From an uncultured Gemmatimonadota bacterium (GTDB lineage: Bacteria; JAAXHH01), in contig OX638340.1 of assembly GCA_951812955.1 (NCBI GenBank), positions 1,920,001 through 1,984,000 of the forward strand: a stretch of 64,000 nucleotides of DNA, written 5' to 3'. The notes beneath the pieces were generated by a model, which was not told the origin of the DNA, did not search any database, and was given only the letters and a program-made list of their open reading frames with translations. Within the stretch, counting starts at the first letter, position 1, and each line of letters starts with the position of its first letter. Both the position numbers and the translations under genes were made by a program. Shown here in pieces: positions 1-10,532 of this stretch.

Positions 1-2
1 AG

Positions 3-680
3 TTGCACTGCGGCGGCCTGATGGTCCGATTCGCCGACCTGGGATACGTCACCGGTATTGTCGATATGAGCCTGGGAGAGAAAGGCACCCGCGGCACGGT
101 CGACGACCGGAGACTGGAAGCGGCGGCAGCGGCGAAGGTGCTCGGGCTGTCCGAAAGGCTGAATCTCGAACTGCCGGATTCCCGCATCGGGGCCTGCGAG
201 TCGCACCGCGACGCCCTCGTCGACGCCATACGCCGGTTCCAACCGGACTTGCTTCTCGTTCCCCACGAAGTCGCCCGTCATCCGGATCACGGGGCGACCG
301 CCCGCCTGGCCAGGGACGCGGCCTTCCTGGCGGGCCTGGAGAAAATCGAAACGGACCACCCGGCCTTCCGGCCCCGGCAACTGGTCTTCTACCTCACGCA
401 CCACCGCTATCAAGAACCCAGGCCTTCCTTCATCGTCGACATATCCTCCTCCTTCAACCGGAAGATCGAAGCCGTGAAGGCCCACCGGTCGCAGTTCCAT
501 GACCCGGACTCCGGCGAGCCGGAAACCTACATCAGCCGTCCGGAGTTCCTCGATGAGGTTGAGGCCCAGAGCCGTTACTACGGCACGCTGATCGGCGCGC
601 GGTACGGGGAGCCCTTCGTAGTGCGGGAATACCTTTCGATCGACGATCCCCTGGCCCACTTCACGGGGCGCGCGGGATAG
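3..680 (+). CDS. bshB1: LmbE/PIG-L family N-acetylglucosaminyl deacetylase, bacillithiol biosynthesis deacetylase BshB1-like (5' end outside window)
   Basis: Translation matches LmbE-type deacetylases (HPDHxxx motif region, 'AHRSQF'); immediately upstream of a bshA homolog. Confidence 0.75.
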   Translation: MHCGGLMVRFADLGYVTGIVDMSLGEKGTRGTVDDRRLEAAAAAKVLGLSERLNLELPDSRIGACESHRDALVDAIRRFQPDLLLVPHEVARHPDHGATARLARDAAFLAGLEKIETDHPAFRPRQLVFYLTHHRYQEPRPSFIVDISSSFNRKIEAVKAHRSQFHDPDSGEPETYISRPEFLDEVEAQSRYYGTLIGARYGEPFVVREYLSIDDPLAHFTGRAG

Positions 681-723
681 TGGATCGAGCGGGACGGTAC
701 ATACGGAAGTAGAGGCGAATCCC

Positions 724-1845
724 ATGAACATCGGTATCACCTGCTATCCCACCTACGGAGGAAGCGGCGCTATCGCCGCCGAACTGGGACAGGTCCTGGC
801 GCGAAAGGGACATAAGGTCCATTTCGTGAGCTATTCGATTCCATTCCGCCTGCAGGAATACAGCCAGAACATCTACTTCCACAATGTCGAGGTCATGCCC
901 TACCCGCTGTTCAAGTATCCGCCCTACACCCTGGCGCTAGCGGCGAAAATGGCCGACGTGGCACTGGAGGCGGAGCTGGACATCCTGCACGTGCACTACG
1001 CCGTTCCCCACGCCACCTGCGCCTTCCTGGCGCGGCACATGCTGCGGGACCGGGACATCAAGGTCATCACGACCCTTCACGGAACCGATATCACCCTCGT
1101 GGGCAGCGACAAGTCCTTCTACCGGATCACCAGATTCAGCATCGAGGAAAGCCAGGGAGTCACGGCCGTCTCCGAGTCCCTCAAGCGAGATACGCAGTCG
1201 CTCTTCGAGATCGACACGGATATCCGCGTAATTCCCAATTTCGTCGATGTCAACCGGTTCCGCCGGGGGGACGGTCACTGCGACATCAGCAATTTCGTCG
1301 ACGATGACGAGAAAGTCATCGTCCACGTCTCGAATTTCCGGCCCGTCAAGCGCATCGGGGATATCATCCGCATGTACGCGGAGGTGCGGAGCAAGGTCAA
1401 GTGCAAGCTGCTGCTGGTGGGGGAGGGACCGGAACGTATACCGATGCAGGAACTGGCCCGCGACCTGGGACTGCAGGACGGCGTGGTTTTTCTCGGTGAG
1501 CAGGAGGGAGTCGACCGGATCCTGTCCTGTTCCGACCTGTACCTGCTTCCCAGCGAACAGGAGAGTTTCGGCCTGTCGGCCCTGGAGGCCATGAGCTGCG
1601 GCGTACCGGTCATCGGCGCCAATGCGGGCGGTCTTCCGGAACTGGTGCGCCACGGGGAGACGGGATTCATCACCGAGGTAGGGGACATCCACCAGATGGC
1701 CCGCCACGCCACGGAACTGCTGGCCGATGACGACTTCAGGCAAACCATCGGGCGGCAGGCGCGGCAGCGGGTACTGGACAACTTCGCGGAAGAGGCCGTC
1801 GTCCCGCAGTATGAGGCATATTACGAGGAGGTATTGCGCGGATAA
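724..1845 (+). CDS. bshA: N-acetyl-alpha-D-glucosaminyl L-malate synthase BshA (GT4 glycosyltransferase)
   Basis: Near full-length similarity to Bacillus BshA (MxIGITCYP..GGSG.., HVHYAxPHA, EGFGL, GGxPE motifs); gene order bshB1-bshA. Confidence 0.85.
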   Translation: MNIGITCYPTYGGSGAIAAELGQVLARKGHKVHFVSYSIPFRLQEYSQNIYFHNVEVMPYPLFKYPPYTLALAAKMADVALEAELDILHVHYAVPHATCAFLARHMLRDRDIKVITTLHGTDITLVGSDKSFYRITRFSIEESQGVTAVSESLKRDTQSLFEIDTDIRVIPNFVDVNRFRRGDGHCDISNFVDDDEKVIVHVSNFRPVKRIGDIIRMYAEVRSKVKCKLLLVGEGPERIPMQELARDLGLQDGVVFLGEQEGVDRILSCSDLYLLPSEQESFGLSALEAMSCGVPVIGANAGGLPELVRHGETGFITEVGDIHQMARHATELLADDDFRQTIGRQARQRVLDNFAEEAVVPQYEAYYEEVLRG

Positions 1846-1922
1846 CCGCCCGCGGCGGAATCCAGTGGGGCCCTCCGGACCGTTCAGTAGCCAGCGGACC
1901 GTCCAGAATCCGCGGCCGCCCG

Positions 1923-2369
1923 TCAGGAACCCTCCGATTTCTCCGCCAGCGACGCGTAACTCACCCCTTCGCCGCTGTCGTGACTCACCGGCAGGCCCAC
2001 TTCCTCCCATCCCGGATTGACCACTTGTCCGAATGGGGTCATCTCTCCGCTGAACCCGCATCGCATGTTCACGACCGTCTGGTATCCCATCGATTGCAGC
2101 AACTGGGCGGCATGGTCGGACCGCTGGCCGGTCCGGCAGCCCAGCACGAGTTTGGCATCCTCCGGATAGTTCGCTTTAACCACCTGGACGAAATCGGGAT
2201 TGGGCGTCATCTGCCCGGACTGCTCGTCCGCGTGCAGGAGCGGGATGTTCACCGCCGGCGCGGGGTGTCCCTGGTCGAATTCCGGAACGGACCGGACATC
2301 GATGTACACGTAGCCCTCTGATTCGACCAGCCTGGCCGCTTCATCGGGCATGACCTGATCCACGCTCAT
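1923..2369 (-). CDS. rhodanese-like domain protein (sulfurtransferase)
   Basis: Single rhodanese fold with active-site loop 'CRTGQRS'; convergent with bshA. Confidence 0.7.
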   Translation of the reverse strand: MSVDQVMPDEAARLVESEGYVYIDVRSVPEFDQGHPAPAVNIPLLHADEQSGQMTPNPDFVQVVKANYPEDAKLVLGCRTGQRSDHAAQLLQSMGYQTVVNMRCGFSGEMTPFGQVVNPGWEEVGLPVSHDSGEGVSYASLAEKSEGS

Positions 2370-2390
2370 CTAAAGCTCCTTTTCTTTTCG

Positions 2391-4388
2391 TTACCATGTT
2401 TCCACGATGTGGCCCGAATTCGGAAACCAGATTACATCGACGCAGTAGGAAAGCGCCACGCCCAGCACGTAACCCACCAACATGCCGATGAAGAAGGGCT
2501 GCGTCTCCCGGTACAATCTCGTGCCCCCCAGTTTAAGGATAATGGCCTTAACGAGCCAGACCAGGAAGATCGACGTGGCGATCATACCGATTCCCCAGGT
2601 CTTGGCAACAGCCCAGCCGATGGGATGCAGCGGCCACCAGTGGAAATTGTGGTGGGCCAGGATCAGCAGCCAGGCTATGAAGGCGCCGACCCCCAGGCCC
2701 AGGTACTCCCCGCCGGTCAACTGGGTCTGGTTATTGATCCATGTCGTCAGCGTGTTGTAACCCGCCTTCGCGTTTCCGAATGCGTCCCTGAACCCATCCG
2801 CGCCCGTGGTTTCGTAACCCAGGAAGACAGTATATACTACGGAAATGATGGCGGCCATGACCAGCGCCGAGACGATGACGGGGAAGATGCCGCGCCGGGC
2901 GCCGCCAATCTCGTCGCCCATCTTGTTTACGTGGGCCATGGCGCACATGCCCAGCGTACGCCAGTTCCGTGAGAATGTCTGCGACAGGGTCAGGATGGTG
3001 AGATCCGCGCGGTGCAGGTTCGCCGATCCGAAGGAGAACACCGTAAAGTCATGGGCGTTATATGGCAGGTCGAGATTAATCAGGCCCGCTTCCGCGACCA
3101 CGCGGGTGACCCCAAGAAAGAGGAGCATGCAGGTGGCCAGCAGCGTGGCCGCGGCGGCGAAGGACATGCCCATGCTGATCAGGAAGAAGAACATGTACGT
3201 GATGCCGAGTACCACGCCGCACATGGCGGTCCTGTAGGAGAAAAACTCCCCCGAATCGTCGATGTCGTTTCCCCTTCCGATGGCCTTACGCACCACGTCG
3301 TAGAGGTGGCGCCGGGCCATCCAGAGCCCGAACAGGGTGAACATGAAAAACCCGCCCAGGTGCTGGGCCGTGACGATCTCGGTCGTCTTCGGAATGCCGA
3401 ATCGACTCATGATGCCGATCTGGATCGTGGCCAGCAGGAAGAACACCCAGATGCTGAACAGGATGTTGAGATTCGTAAAGAATCCGATGCCGATGAAGGC
3501 GAAATTGATCTTGAACTGGATCGGCGGGAAGGATTCGGCCAGGGTGATCGGTATGCGGTAATCCCCGCCCAGTCTGATGGGCACCACAGCGTCCCAGTAC
3601 GAGACGATGTTCCAGAGAATGATGAAGAGGGGGATGGAGAATCCGTACCAGAAAACCCTGGACCGGGCGATCCGGGGCAGTACGGAGCCGCTTTGGTCAT
3701 CTTCGATGAGCAACAGGGGCACGCGGGCCAGCGGAAAGGTCAGACGTTCCCGCTCGATCCACTGTTTACGCAGGATCACCATGAGCGACGCGCTGGCGAA
3801 GAAAAGGGCCAGAAAGAAGGTGCCCCACCAACTCATGGGGATGATCCAGTCCCGCCAGGGAATGACGCCGGTGGAGGGCAGCCCCTCGTAGAACCAGTGC
3901 ACCGCCCGCCGTTCATCCGGGATGATGAGCCAGGTCGGGAGATACTCGAAAAACAATTCGACATACCTGTTCTCGGAGTTGGCATAGTAGTGCGGAATGG
4001 ATGGAACGGCGACCCAGTAGGTCGTAAATGCCCATCCGGGAATAGCCGAGGCCGTAAACACGATGAAAAAGATTATCATCAGTTCAGGAGCTGTGAATAT
4101 TCGAGTCGGTGCGAATCGCTTCAACAGGCCGTTTACGACGAAGACGACCAGCATGAAGGGGAAGAGCGCCGCCATGGGCATGTGGGTAATGGACAGGTAG
4201 GATGAATGAGCCTCGAAGGCGGAATGCACGACCCACCACGCCATGGCCGCGGACAGGAAGAGTCCCAGACCCACGGCACGAAGGGTCATGCCCGAAGCAA
4301 GCCCACCGGTTCTGCCGGGAGGACCTACATCGGGAGGATAGGAATCCGGCCTGCCTGCAGACGGGGGAGTCCGCTCTTTAACACTCAT
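2391..4388 (-). CDS. large polytopic inner-membrane protein of unknown function (>=12 predicted TM helices)
   Basis: 665-aa ORF with many hydrophobic segments and aromatic-rich loops; no recognisable catalytic motif; coding strand chosen over the antisense ORF 3012..4205. Confidence 0.55.
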   Translation of the reverse strand: MSVKERTPPSAGRPDSYPPDVGPPGRTGGLASGMTLRAVGLGLFLSAAMAWWVVHSAFEAHSSYLSITHMPMAALFPFMLVVFVVNGLLKRFAPTRIFTAPELMIIFFIVFTASAIPGWAFTTYWVAVPSIPHYYANSENRYVELFFEYLPTWLIIPDERRAVHWFYEGLPSTGVIPWRDWIIPMSWWGTFFLALFFASASLMVILRKQWIERERLTFPLARVPLLLIEDDQSGSVLPRIARSRVFWYGFSIPLFIILWNIVSYWDAVVPIRLGGDYRIPITLAESFPPIQFKINFAFIGIGFFTNLNILFSIWVFFLLATIQIGIMSRFGIPKTTEIVTAQHLGGFFMFTLFGLWMARRHLYDVVRKAIGRGNDIDDSGEFFSYRTAMCGVVLGITYMFFFLISMGMSFAAAATLLATCMLLFLGVTRVVAEAGLINLDLPYNAHDFTVFSFGSANLHRADLTILTLSQTFSRNWRTLGMCAMAHVNKMGDEIGGARRGIFPVIVSALVMAAIISVVYTVFLGYETTGADGFRDAFGNAKAGYNTLTTWINNQTQLTGGEYLGLGVGAFIAWLLILAHHNFHWWPLHPIGWAVAKTWGIGMIATSIFLVWLVKAIILKLGGTRLYRETQPFFIGMLVGYVLGVALSYCVDVIWFPNSGHIVETW

Positions 4389-4599
4389 GGGAATGTACTT
4401 CTGAAGGGATTAAAACTACCGGTATTACAGGCTGTTCCGCGGTTTCCCGGGATGCGCACAATTTACCTTCAAAACGGGGGTTCAGCAAGGACTAAAACGG
4501 CTGCCGGCAGGCGGCTGTTTCCCTTGACACCGGCCCTTGCGCGCCGTACAATGCCCGAGGTTTTAAGCCCCCTGGTTTTCCGTTCAAAGGAAGGTCGCC

Positions 4600-5571
4600 A
4601 TGCAATATCTACTCACCGGCGGATATGGCTGTATCGGTTCGTGGATCGTGAAGAACCTGGTCGACGAAGGGCACGATGTCGCGATCTACGACCTGGTGGA
4701 ACATACCGCCCGCATGGCATTGATCATGGACGAGGAAGAGATCGCCCGGGTCCGGTTCATCGAGGGCGACATCGCCGACGGGACCCAATTCACGCGGGTG
4801 GTAGGTGAAACAGGCGCGTCCCGCATCATCCACCTGGCCGGACTGCAGGTGCCCGTGTGCAAGGCCGATCCCATCAAGGGCGCTACGGTCAACGTAATCG
4901 GCACCCTGAACGTCTTCGAAGCGGCCAGAACCCACGACGACATCGTCCGGCGTATCGTCTACGCGAGTTCCGCGGCCGTCTACGGAATGGAAGACGACTA
5001 CGACTCCGGACCGGTCGGGAACGACGCGGTGCTGAGGCCGGTCACCCACTACGGCGTATTCAAGCAGTGCAACGAAGCCAACGCGCGGGTGTACTTTCTC
5101 GATCACGGTATTTCAAGCTTCGGCCTGCGGCCGTGGACCGTGTACGGACCGGGCCGGGACTTCGGATTGACCTCCGATCCCACCAAGGCGGTCAAGGCGG
5201 CCCTGTTGAACCGGCCGTACGTGATTGGATACGGCGGGCGGAACAACATGCAGTACGTGAACGACACCGCCCGGACGTTCATCCGCTGCGCAGAGGCAGC
5301 CACCGAAGGCGCCGGGGCCTATAGCATACGTGGCGACGTCGTGACCATCGACGAGGTGATCGCGTCCATCGAGCGCGTCGTTCCCGATTCGAAGGGACTC
5401 ATCTCCCACCTGGACATGAACCTTCCCATCGCGCCGGACCTCGATGACCGCGCCATCCAGGAAGACGTGGGCGAGATCCCCTACACGCCGCTGGACGACG
5501 GGATCAGGGAGACCTGGGAAGTGTTCAGCCGCCACCAGGAGGCCGGAACGCTGAGCACGGACGACCTGTAG
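4600..5571 (+). CDS. NAD-dependent epimerase/dehydratase (SDR family)
   Basis: N-terminal Rossmann motif 'LLTGGYGCIGSW', 'YASSAAVYG' and YxxxK region. Confidence 0.75.
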   Translation: MQYLLTGGYGCIGSWIVKNLVDEGHDVAIYDLVEHTARMALIMDEEEIARVRFIEGDIADGTQFTRVVGETGASRIIHLAGLQVPVCKADPIKGATVNVIGTLNVFEAARTHDDIVRRIVYASSAAVYGMEDDYDSGPVGNDAVLRPVTHYGVFKQCNEANARVYFLDHGISSFGLRPWTVYGPGRDFGLTSDPTKAVKAALLNRPYVIGYGGRNNMQYVNDTARTFIRCAEAATEGAGAYSIRGDVVTIDEVIASIERVVPDSKGLISHLDMNLPIAPDLDDRAIQEDVGEIPYTPLDDGIRETWEVFSRHQEAGTLSTDDL

Positions 5572-5702
5572 GGCCGGTTATTCCGTACCCTGCCCGGTTG
5601 CGATCGCTAAACAATGGGCCACCAATCCCCGGTCAATCGGATCCTGATCAAGAGAATCCAGGTCCGTCGAACCATAACGAATAACATCAGGGCGAATAGG
5701 TC

Positions 5703-6497
5703 ATGACGCTGGAACAGCAGATTCAGGCCATGCAGCTCGATGGCTGGTGCGTGCTGGACAACATCATTCCCGGGGACCGGCTTGACGAGGTACGCGGCCG
5801 GGTCATCGCTTCGACGAACCGGCACCGGAATCCCGACGCACCCGAAAACATCGGCCACGTGAGCGGTTTCCTGAAATACGACCAGTCGCTGGCGCCCTGG
5901 CTCGCGGACCGGCGGCTCCTCTGCCTGGTCGAGGCGCTGCTCGGACACCATTTCCGCATCTCCTTCACCACGGCCACCATCAACGAGCCGGGGAACGACC
6001 GCGGTGGATGGCACGCGGACTGGCCCTTCAACCAGCGGAACGCCGGCTATGTGCCCGCGCCGTACCCGGACGCGGTCATGCACCTGACGACCATCTGGAT
6101 GCTTTCTTCCTTCACCGGCGATAACGGCGGCACCCTCATCGTCCCGGGCAGTCATCGAGACTCCAACAACCCGACCGGAAATAACGGGGTTCTGCCCGAA
6201 GCACCCCATTCGACCGAGTTGAACGTGACCGGCGAGGCCGGAAGCGTCCTCGTCATGGACAGCCGTTTGTGGCATTCGACTGCCGCGAACACCTCGAAGG
6301 ATCCCCGCGTCGCCGTTGTCGTCCGCTACGCGCCCTGGTGGCTGAACCTGAACGTGCTGAAACCCGGCTCGGAAGACCGCAGGATCCTGGTAGACGAGAC
6401 CGGCGGAACGGAGAACCTGGTTCCCGCCCTTCCCCGCGACGTGTATGACGGACTACCCGGCGAATTGAAGCCCCTCGTAAGTCACTGGGTGGAGTAG
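5703..6497 (+). CDS. phytanoyl-CoA dioxygenase (PhyH) family Fe(II)/2-oxoglutarate dioxygenase
   Basis: HxD...H facial triad context ('WHADWP', 'RLWHST'), typical PhyH length. Confidence 0.7.
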   Translation: MTLEQQIQAMQLDGWCVLDNIIPGDRLDEVRGRVIASTNRHRNPDAPENIGHVSGFLKYDQSLAPWLADRRLLCLVEALLGHHFRISFTTATINEPGNDRGGWHADWPFNQRNAGYVPAPYPDAVMHLTTIWMLSSFTGDNGGTLIVPGSHRDSNNPTGNNGVLPEAPHSTELNVTGEAGSVLVMDSRLWHSTAANTSKDPRVAVVVRYAPWWLNLNVLKPGSEDRRILVDETGGTENLVPALPRDVYDGLPGELKPLVSHWVE

Positions 6498-6745
6498 GCG
6501 GCATTCCTTATACATTAAAATCCTCTGATCTATTTCTGTGGCATGTTCAAGGTTGCATTCCGTCTTCGTAACGGTGTTGACCTGAACCAGATCCGTTAAG
6601 GTCGAGTATACCTGCCTGGAAGATTCCAAGGTCCTGGAATCACACTACGTGGAACCAGGAAACATTTCTTCCGTCGCCACGGTCCAATGTGTTGGTTATT
6701 TGTCGATAACTTTTCCGATTCTGAATACTGCGATTGGAGGAGGTT

Positions 6746-8314
6746 ATGAGCCGGACTGGATTTGTCACGATTTTATGTGCGTGTTTAGGGCTTTCAAGCG
6801 CGTGCAGCATGCAGGAGTTCGGATTCGAGCGAGACGAACGAGAGATCGAATTTGAGCACGACGGGCAAGACTATATCGATAGCACCAGGCAGAAATACGA
6901 GGTGAACTCCGGTGGGACACTGACGGTCGATGCCAAATTTGGGGCAATTCGCATCAGAAGCTCGATCAATGATGAAGTAGATGTCCTGGTGAGAAAGCGA
7001 TTTCGGGCAACCGATGCTGACCAGGTTCGAAAAGCCTTCAGTAATATCGAAGTCGTAATCGAACAGACGTACAACGGGGTACGAATCGAAGTCGATCAGA
7101 TCAGGTACCCCACGTACACGAAATGGTTCTGGCAGGAAGACTGGCCGGATCGGGTCTATGTCGAAATCAATGTTATAGTGCCTGAGGAATACAACCTCGA
7201 CCTCATTACCATAAGCGGTGATATCCAGACGGGGAATATCGCAGGAAATGTGACGGCTGAGACTCTTACCGGGGAAATTTCGACCGGTCCCACCGAAGGT
7301 GACTTGAGCATAAAATCGAACAGCGGGAATATAGAAACCAGCCGCGTGGTAGGCAGGTTGCACACCACTACACTGACAGGTAACATCAAGATCGGCCCAG
7401 TGGATGGTGATGCCACGGTCGATTCAAACTCTGGTAGAATAGAAACAGGTACCGTAGAGGAGGATCTGCAAGCCAAGACCCTAACAGGTAACATCAAGAT
7501 CGGCCCAGTGGATGGTGAGGCCACGGTCGGTTCGAACTCTGGCAGTATAGAAACAGGTACCGTAGTGGGGAATCTGCACGCCAAGACCCTAACAGGTAAC
7601 ATCGAAACCGGCCCAGTGTTTGGTGATGCGACGGTCTCTTCGAACTCTGGCAGAATAGAAACAGGTGCCGTAGCGATGGATCTGCACGCCAAGACCCTAA
7701 CAGGTAACATCGAAACCGGCCCCGTGGATGGTGATGCGACCGTCTCTTCGGCGACTGGCAGAATAAAAACAGGTACCGTAGAGGGGGATCTGCACGCTAG
7801 GACCTCAACAGGTAAAATCGAGATCGGTCCTGTGGATGGTGATGCAAACGTCAGTACGACATCTGGTATGGTCGAGGCCTCAAACGTGTTAGGGGTTTTC
7901 GAAACCAGATCCCTGAGCGGAGATATCAGACTAGGCCCCACAAGTGGCGACATTGTTGCTAGTTCAACCAGTGGTGATATCGAGGGGGAATTGATCGTAA
8001 CCGATCCATCCGTCGAGGCCAGGTACGACATGCAGACTCTGAGCGGAGATATAACCATTCAAATGCCAGTTGACATCCCGTCTGTTATTGATGCGCAGAT
8101 CACTATCGGGGAGATCATTGATCCGTGGTTGCCAAATTGGTGGCATGTCCAAAGGCGAATTAAATCCGATTTCGACCTGAACTTTAGTAGAATAGAATCT
8201 AGCCCAGGGAACTATGCAATTAAAGCTATCGGTGAAACGAATGGCGGTGGAAACAGAATCAAGCTGGTATCTACCGCTGGTAACATACGTATCCGAAGTA
8301 AAGACGATGAGTAG
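6746..8314 (+). CDS. DUF4097-like repeat protein / putative adhesin-type beta-solenoid lipoprotein (paralog 1 of 3)
   Basis: GGAGGAGG RBS before ATG; signal peptide with lipobox-like 'LGLSSAC'; long run of 18/36-aa 'TLTGNIxxGPxxGDxxVxSxSGxIET' repeats. Confidence 0.7.
   Translation: MSRTGFVTILCACLGLSSACSMQEFGFERDEREIEFEHDGQDYIDSTRQKYEVNSGGTLTVDAKFGAIRIRSSINDEVDVLVRKRFRATDADQVRKAFSNIEVVIEQTYNGVRIEVDQIRYPTYTKWFWQEDWPDRVYVEINVIVPEEYNLDLITISGDIQTGNIAGNVTAETLTGEISTGPTEGDLSIKSNSGNIETSRVVGRLHTTTLTGNIKIGPVDGDATVDSNSGRIETGTVEEDLQAKTLTGNIKIGPVDGEATVGSNSGSIETGTVVGNLHAKTLTGNIETGPVFGDATVSSNSGRIETGAVAMDLHAKTLTGNIETGPVDGDATVSSATGRIKTGTVEGDLHARTSTGKIEIGPVDGDANVSTTSGMVEASNVLGVFETRSLSGDIRLGPTSGDIVASSTSGDIEGELIVTDPSVEARYDMQTLSGDITIQMPVDIPSVIDAQITIGEIIDPWLPNWWHVQRRIKSDFDLNFSRIESSPGNYAIKAIGETNGGGNRIKLVSTAGNIRIRSKDDE
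7373..7912 (+). repeat. intragenic tandem array, 5 x 108-bp units (36-aa protein repeats), first four highly similar at nucleotide level
   Basis: Units begin at 7373, 7481, 7589, 7697, 7805 (ctaacaggtaacatc...); directly visible in sequence. Confidence 0.75.
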
Positions 8315-8406
8315 TAGAGCGAAGACACAACCATTGAATCCCTACGGAAGTCTCAATGACAACTCCGGTAGATGTCTTTACTACACAACCGTGGGAGTGG
8401 AATAGT

Positions 8407-9171
8407 ATGAAGACGATATGGATCACAGCGATTACGTGTATAGGTATTTATCCGGTTCTTGATTCCGGCGCGCAGACCACAGAGGTCATTCAAGTTGGGC
8501 AAGGATACGCGGCAACCATTGAAGAAACATTTACTGTGGAACCGGGCGGCGAACTGACCATCGATGCCGACTTCGGATCCGTCCGGATCGAGACTTCGAC
8601 GAGCAACACCGTGGAGGTTCTTGTGGAAAAGCGCCTGAAAGAGGGCACCGAAGACCAGGCACGCCGAGCCTTCGAAGAAGTGGAGGTAACAACAGAACAG
8701 CGGGGCAACGACGTACACATCGACGTTGACAATTCGCGATGGTTCAAGCGCGCCAGGGTTTCCGTAGCTATGACCGTGCAGGTGCCTTATACATACAGTC
8801 TGGATATCAAGACGGCAGGAGGCGGCATCGAAATCGGGAACCTGGACGGCGAGATCACGGCGAAGACTGCAGGCGGAAGCATCAGGACAGGAACCACGAA
8901 AGGGGACGTGACCGCCAAGACCCTGGGCGGAAGCATCCGTATCGGCCCGACTGAGGGAGGCGTGTCTGCCAAGACGATGGGCGGAAATATCGCTATAGGG
9001 GATACGAATGGGGACGTGTCGGCCCACACGCTGGGTGGAAGCATCCGCATCGGCATTGCGGACGGGGATGTACTTGCCAGGACGATGGGCGGAAACATCA
9101 CCGTTGAAGAAGCCTCGGGTAAAGTGTCTGCCAAGACCCTGGGCGGAAAAGTCCGGGTCGGTTCCACGTAA
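8407..9171 (+). CDS. DUF4097-like repeat protein (paralog 2), secreted
   Basis: Signal peptide 'MKTIWITAITCIGIYPVLDSGAQ'; 20-aa 'KTxGGxIxIGxxxGDVxA' repeats; start moved to 8407 (RBS GGGAGTGG) rather than track start 8356. Confidence 0.65.
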   Translation: MKTIWITAITCIGIYPVLDSGAQTTEVIQVGQGYAATIEETFTVEPGGELTIDADFGSVRIETSTSNTVEVLVEKRLKEGTEDQARRAFEEVEVTTEQRGNDVHIDVDNSRWFKRARVSVAMTVQVPYTYSLDIKTAGGGIEIGNLDGEITAKTAGGSIRTGTTKGDVTAKTLGGSIRIGPTEGGVSAKTMGGNIAIGDTNGDVSAHTLGGSIRIGIADGDVLARTMGGNITVEEASGKVSAKTLGGKVRVGST

Positions 9172-9219
9172 CATATCTCTGGCGAAGACAACACCGCCTG
9201 TTTAGACATAAAGGGAGGG

Positions 9220-10506
9220 ATGATGCGTTTGTTATTGGTCGTGGTCAGTGTCAGTCTGCTCGTTGCCTCGGCATATGCATGCAGCGCACAGGAGGTCACG
9301 TTTATGCGCGACGATATGAGTCACGTAGAAAGAACCCACCAGAAATACATGGTGGATGGAACCGGCACGTTGACCGTAGACGCCGACTTCGGTTCGATTC
9401 GGATCGAGAGCTGGCCGAACGATGAAGTGGACGTCGAGGTAGAAAAACGCCGGACTGGAGTCAGCGAAGACAGCGCACGCGACGACTTCAACGACGTTGC
9501 CGTGGATATCTCACAACGGGAGAACGACGTCGACATCCAGATCGACCGGAAAAGCCGTTTCGGGTCGGAGAGGGTATCAGTGGATATACAGGTCCGGGTG
9601 CCGGAATCGTATAGCCTGGACCTCAAGACCTCGGGCGGGGATATCGATATCGGAGACCTGCGGGGCGACGTTTCCGCCCGCACCTCGGGAGGCGACGTCA
9701 ACGTCGGCACAGTGACGGAAGCGCTGCTCCGCGTTCACACGTCAGGAGGCGATGTGACCGTGAAAGGGGGCGGACGGGAAACGAAGGTATCCACCTCCGG
9801 CGGGGATATTGAGATCCGGGACGCCCGGGGCACAGTGGATGCGACCACCTCGGGCGGTGATATCACGATCGGCGGCACGGCCGGCGAAGTGACGGTGAGA
9901 ACATCGGGCGGCGATATCGAAATAGATCGGGCTGCGGGAAACACAGAGGCGACTACCTCGGGCGGCGACATAACGATAGGCCATACCACAGGGGACGTGA
10001 AGGCGAAGACCTCCGGCGGCGATATCACGATCGAGCGCGCAAACGGTGAGGTGGACGTTCATACTTCGGGTGGCGATGTGACCATCGACAGCGCTGAAGG
10101 AACCCTGAGGGCGGGCACTTCGGGTGGTGATATATCGATCAGCAATGCGCCGGGTGCCGGCTTAACGGCGAAAACCTCGGGTGGCGATATCGAAGCCCGT
10201 TTGAGCCCGACAGCAAGTGCATTGGAAGAAGAATGGATACTGAAGTCGTCCGGTGGGGAACTGACCATCCGCATTCCCGAGGATCTGTCCGCTACAGTCG
10301 AGGCGGAGATCCATCATGAGCGTTCCTGGTTCGGAAGCGACCGGGGGGATTATCAAATCGACTCGGATTTCGACCTGGACGAAGAGGTAGATGACGGTCG
10401 GGACCGAAGGACGATCCGGGCCACCGGCGATATCAACGGGGGCGGCAATCGCATCCGGCTCGAAACCAGCGGCGGCGATATTCGGATTCGTAAGGTGACT
10501 TCCTGA
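9220..10506 (+). CDS. DUF4097-like repeat protein (paralog 3), secreted
   Basis: Signal peptide 'MMRLLLVVVSVSLLVASAYACSAQ'; about 13 x 20-aa 'TSGGDIxIxxxxGxVxAx' repeats; RBS AAGGGAGGG. Confidence 0.7.
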   Translation: MMRLLLVVVSVSLLVASAYACSAQEVTFMRDDMSHVERTHQKYMVDGTGTLTVDADFGSIRIESWPNDEVDVEVEKRRTGVSEDSARDDFNDVAVDISQRENDVDIQIDRKSRFGSERVSVDIQVRVPESYSLDLKTSGGDIDIGDLRGDVSARTSGGDVNVGTVTEALLRVHTSGGDVTVKGGGRETKVSTSGGDIEIRDARGTVDATTSGGDITIGGTAGEVTVRTSGGDIEIDRAAGNTEATTSGGDITIGHTTGDVKAKTSGGDITIERANGEVDVHTSGGDVTIDSAEGTLRAGTSGGDISISNAPGAGLTAKTSGGDIEARLSPTASALEEEWILKSSGGELTIRIPEDLSATVEAEIHHERSWFGSDRGDYQIDSDFDLDEEVDDGRDRRTIRATGDINGGGNRIRLETSGGDIRIRKVTS

Positions 10507-10532
10507 GCCCGTGCCGGACGCGGTTTTGCGGA

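Noticed and set aside
937-2061. 374-aa minus-strand ORF overlapping bshA
   Set aside because: Antisense shadow ORF in GC-rich DNA; Arg/Gly/Pro-rich composition, no motifs; bshA on the other strand has strong homology.
3012-4205. 397-aa plus-strand ORF inside the membrane-protein gene
   Set aside because: Antisense to a convincing polytopic membrane protein; product is low-complexity (E/G/R/D-rich).
7156-9299. Long minus-strand ORFs (300, 273, 170 aa) across the DUF4097 genes
   Set aside because: Mirror-image repeats of the sense-strand tandem repeats; the sense strand has signal peptides and RBSs.
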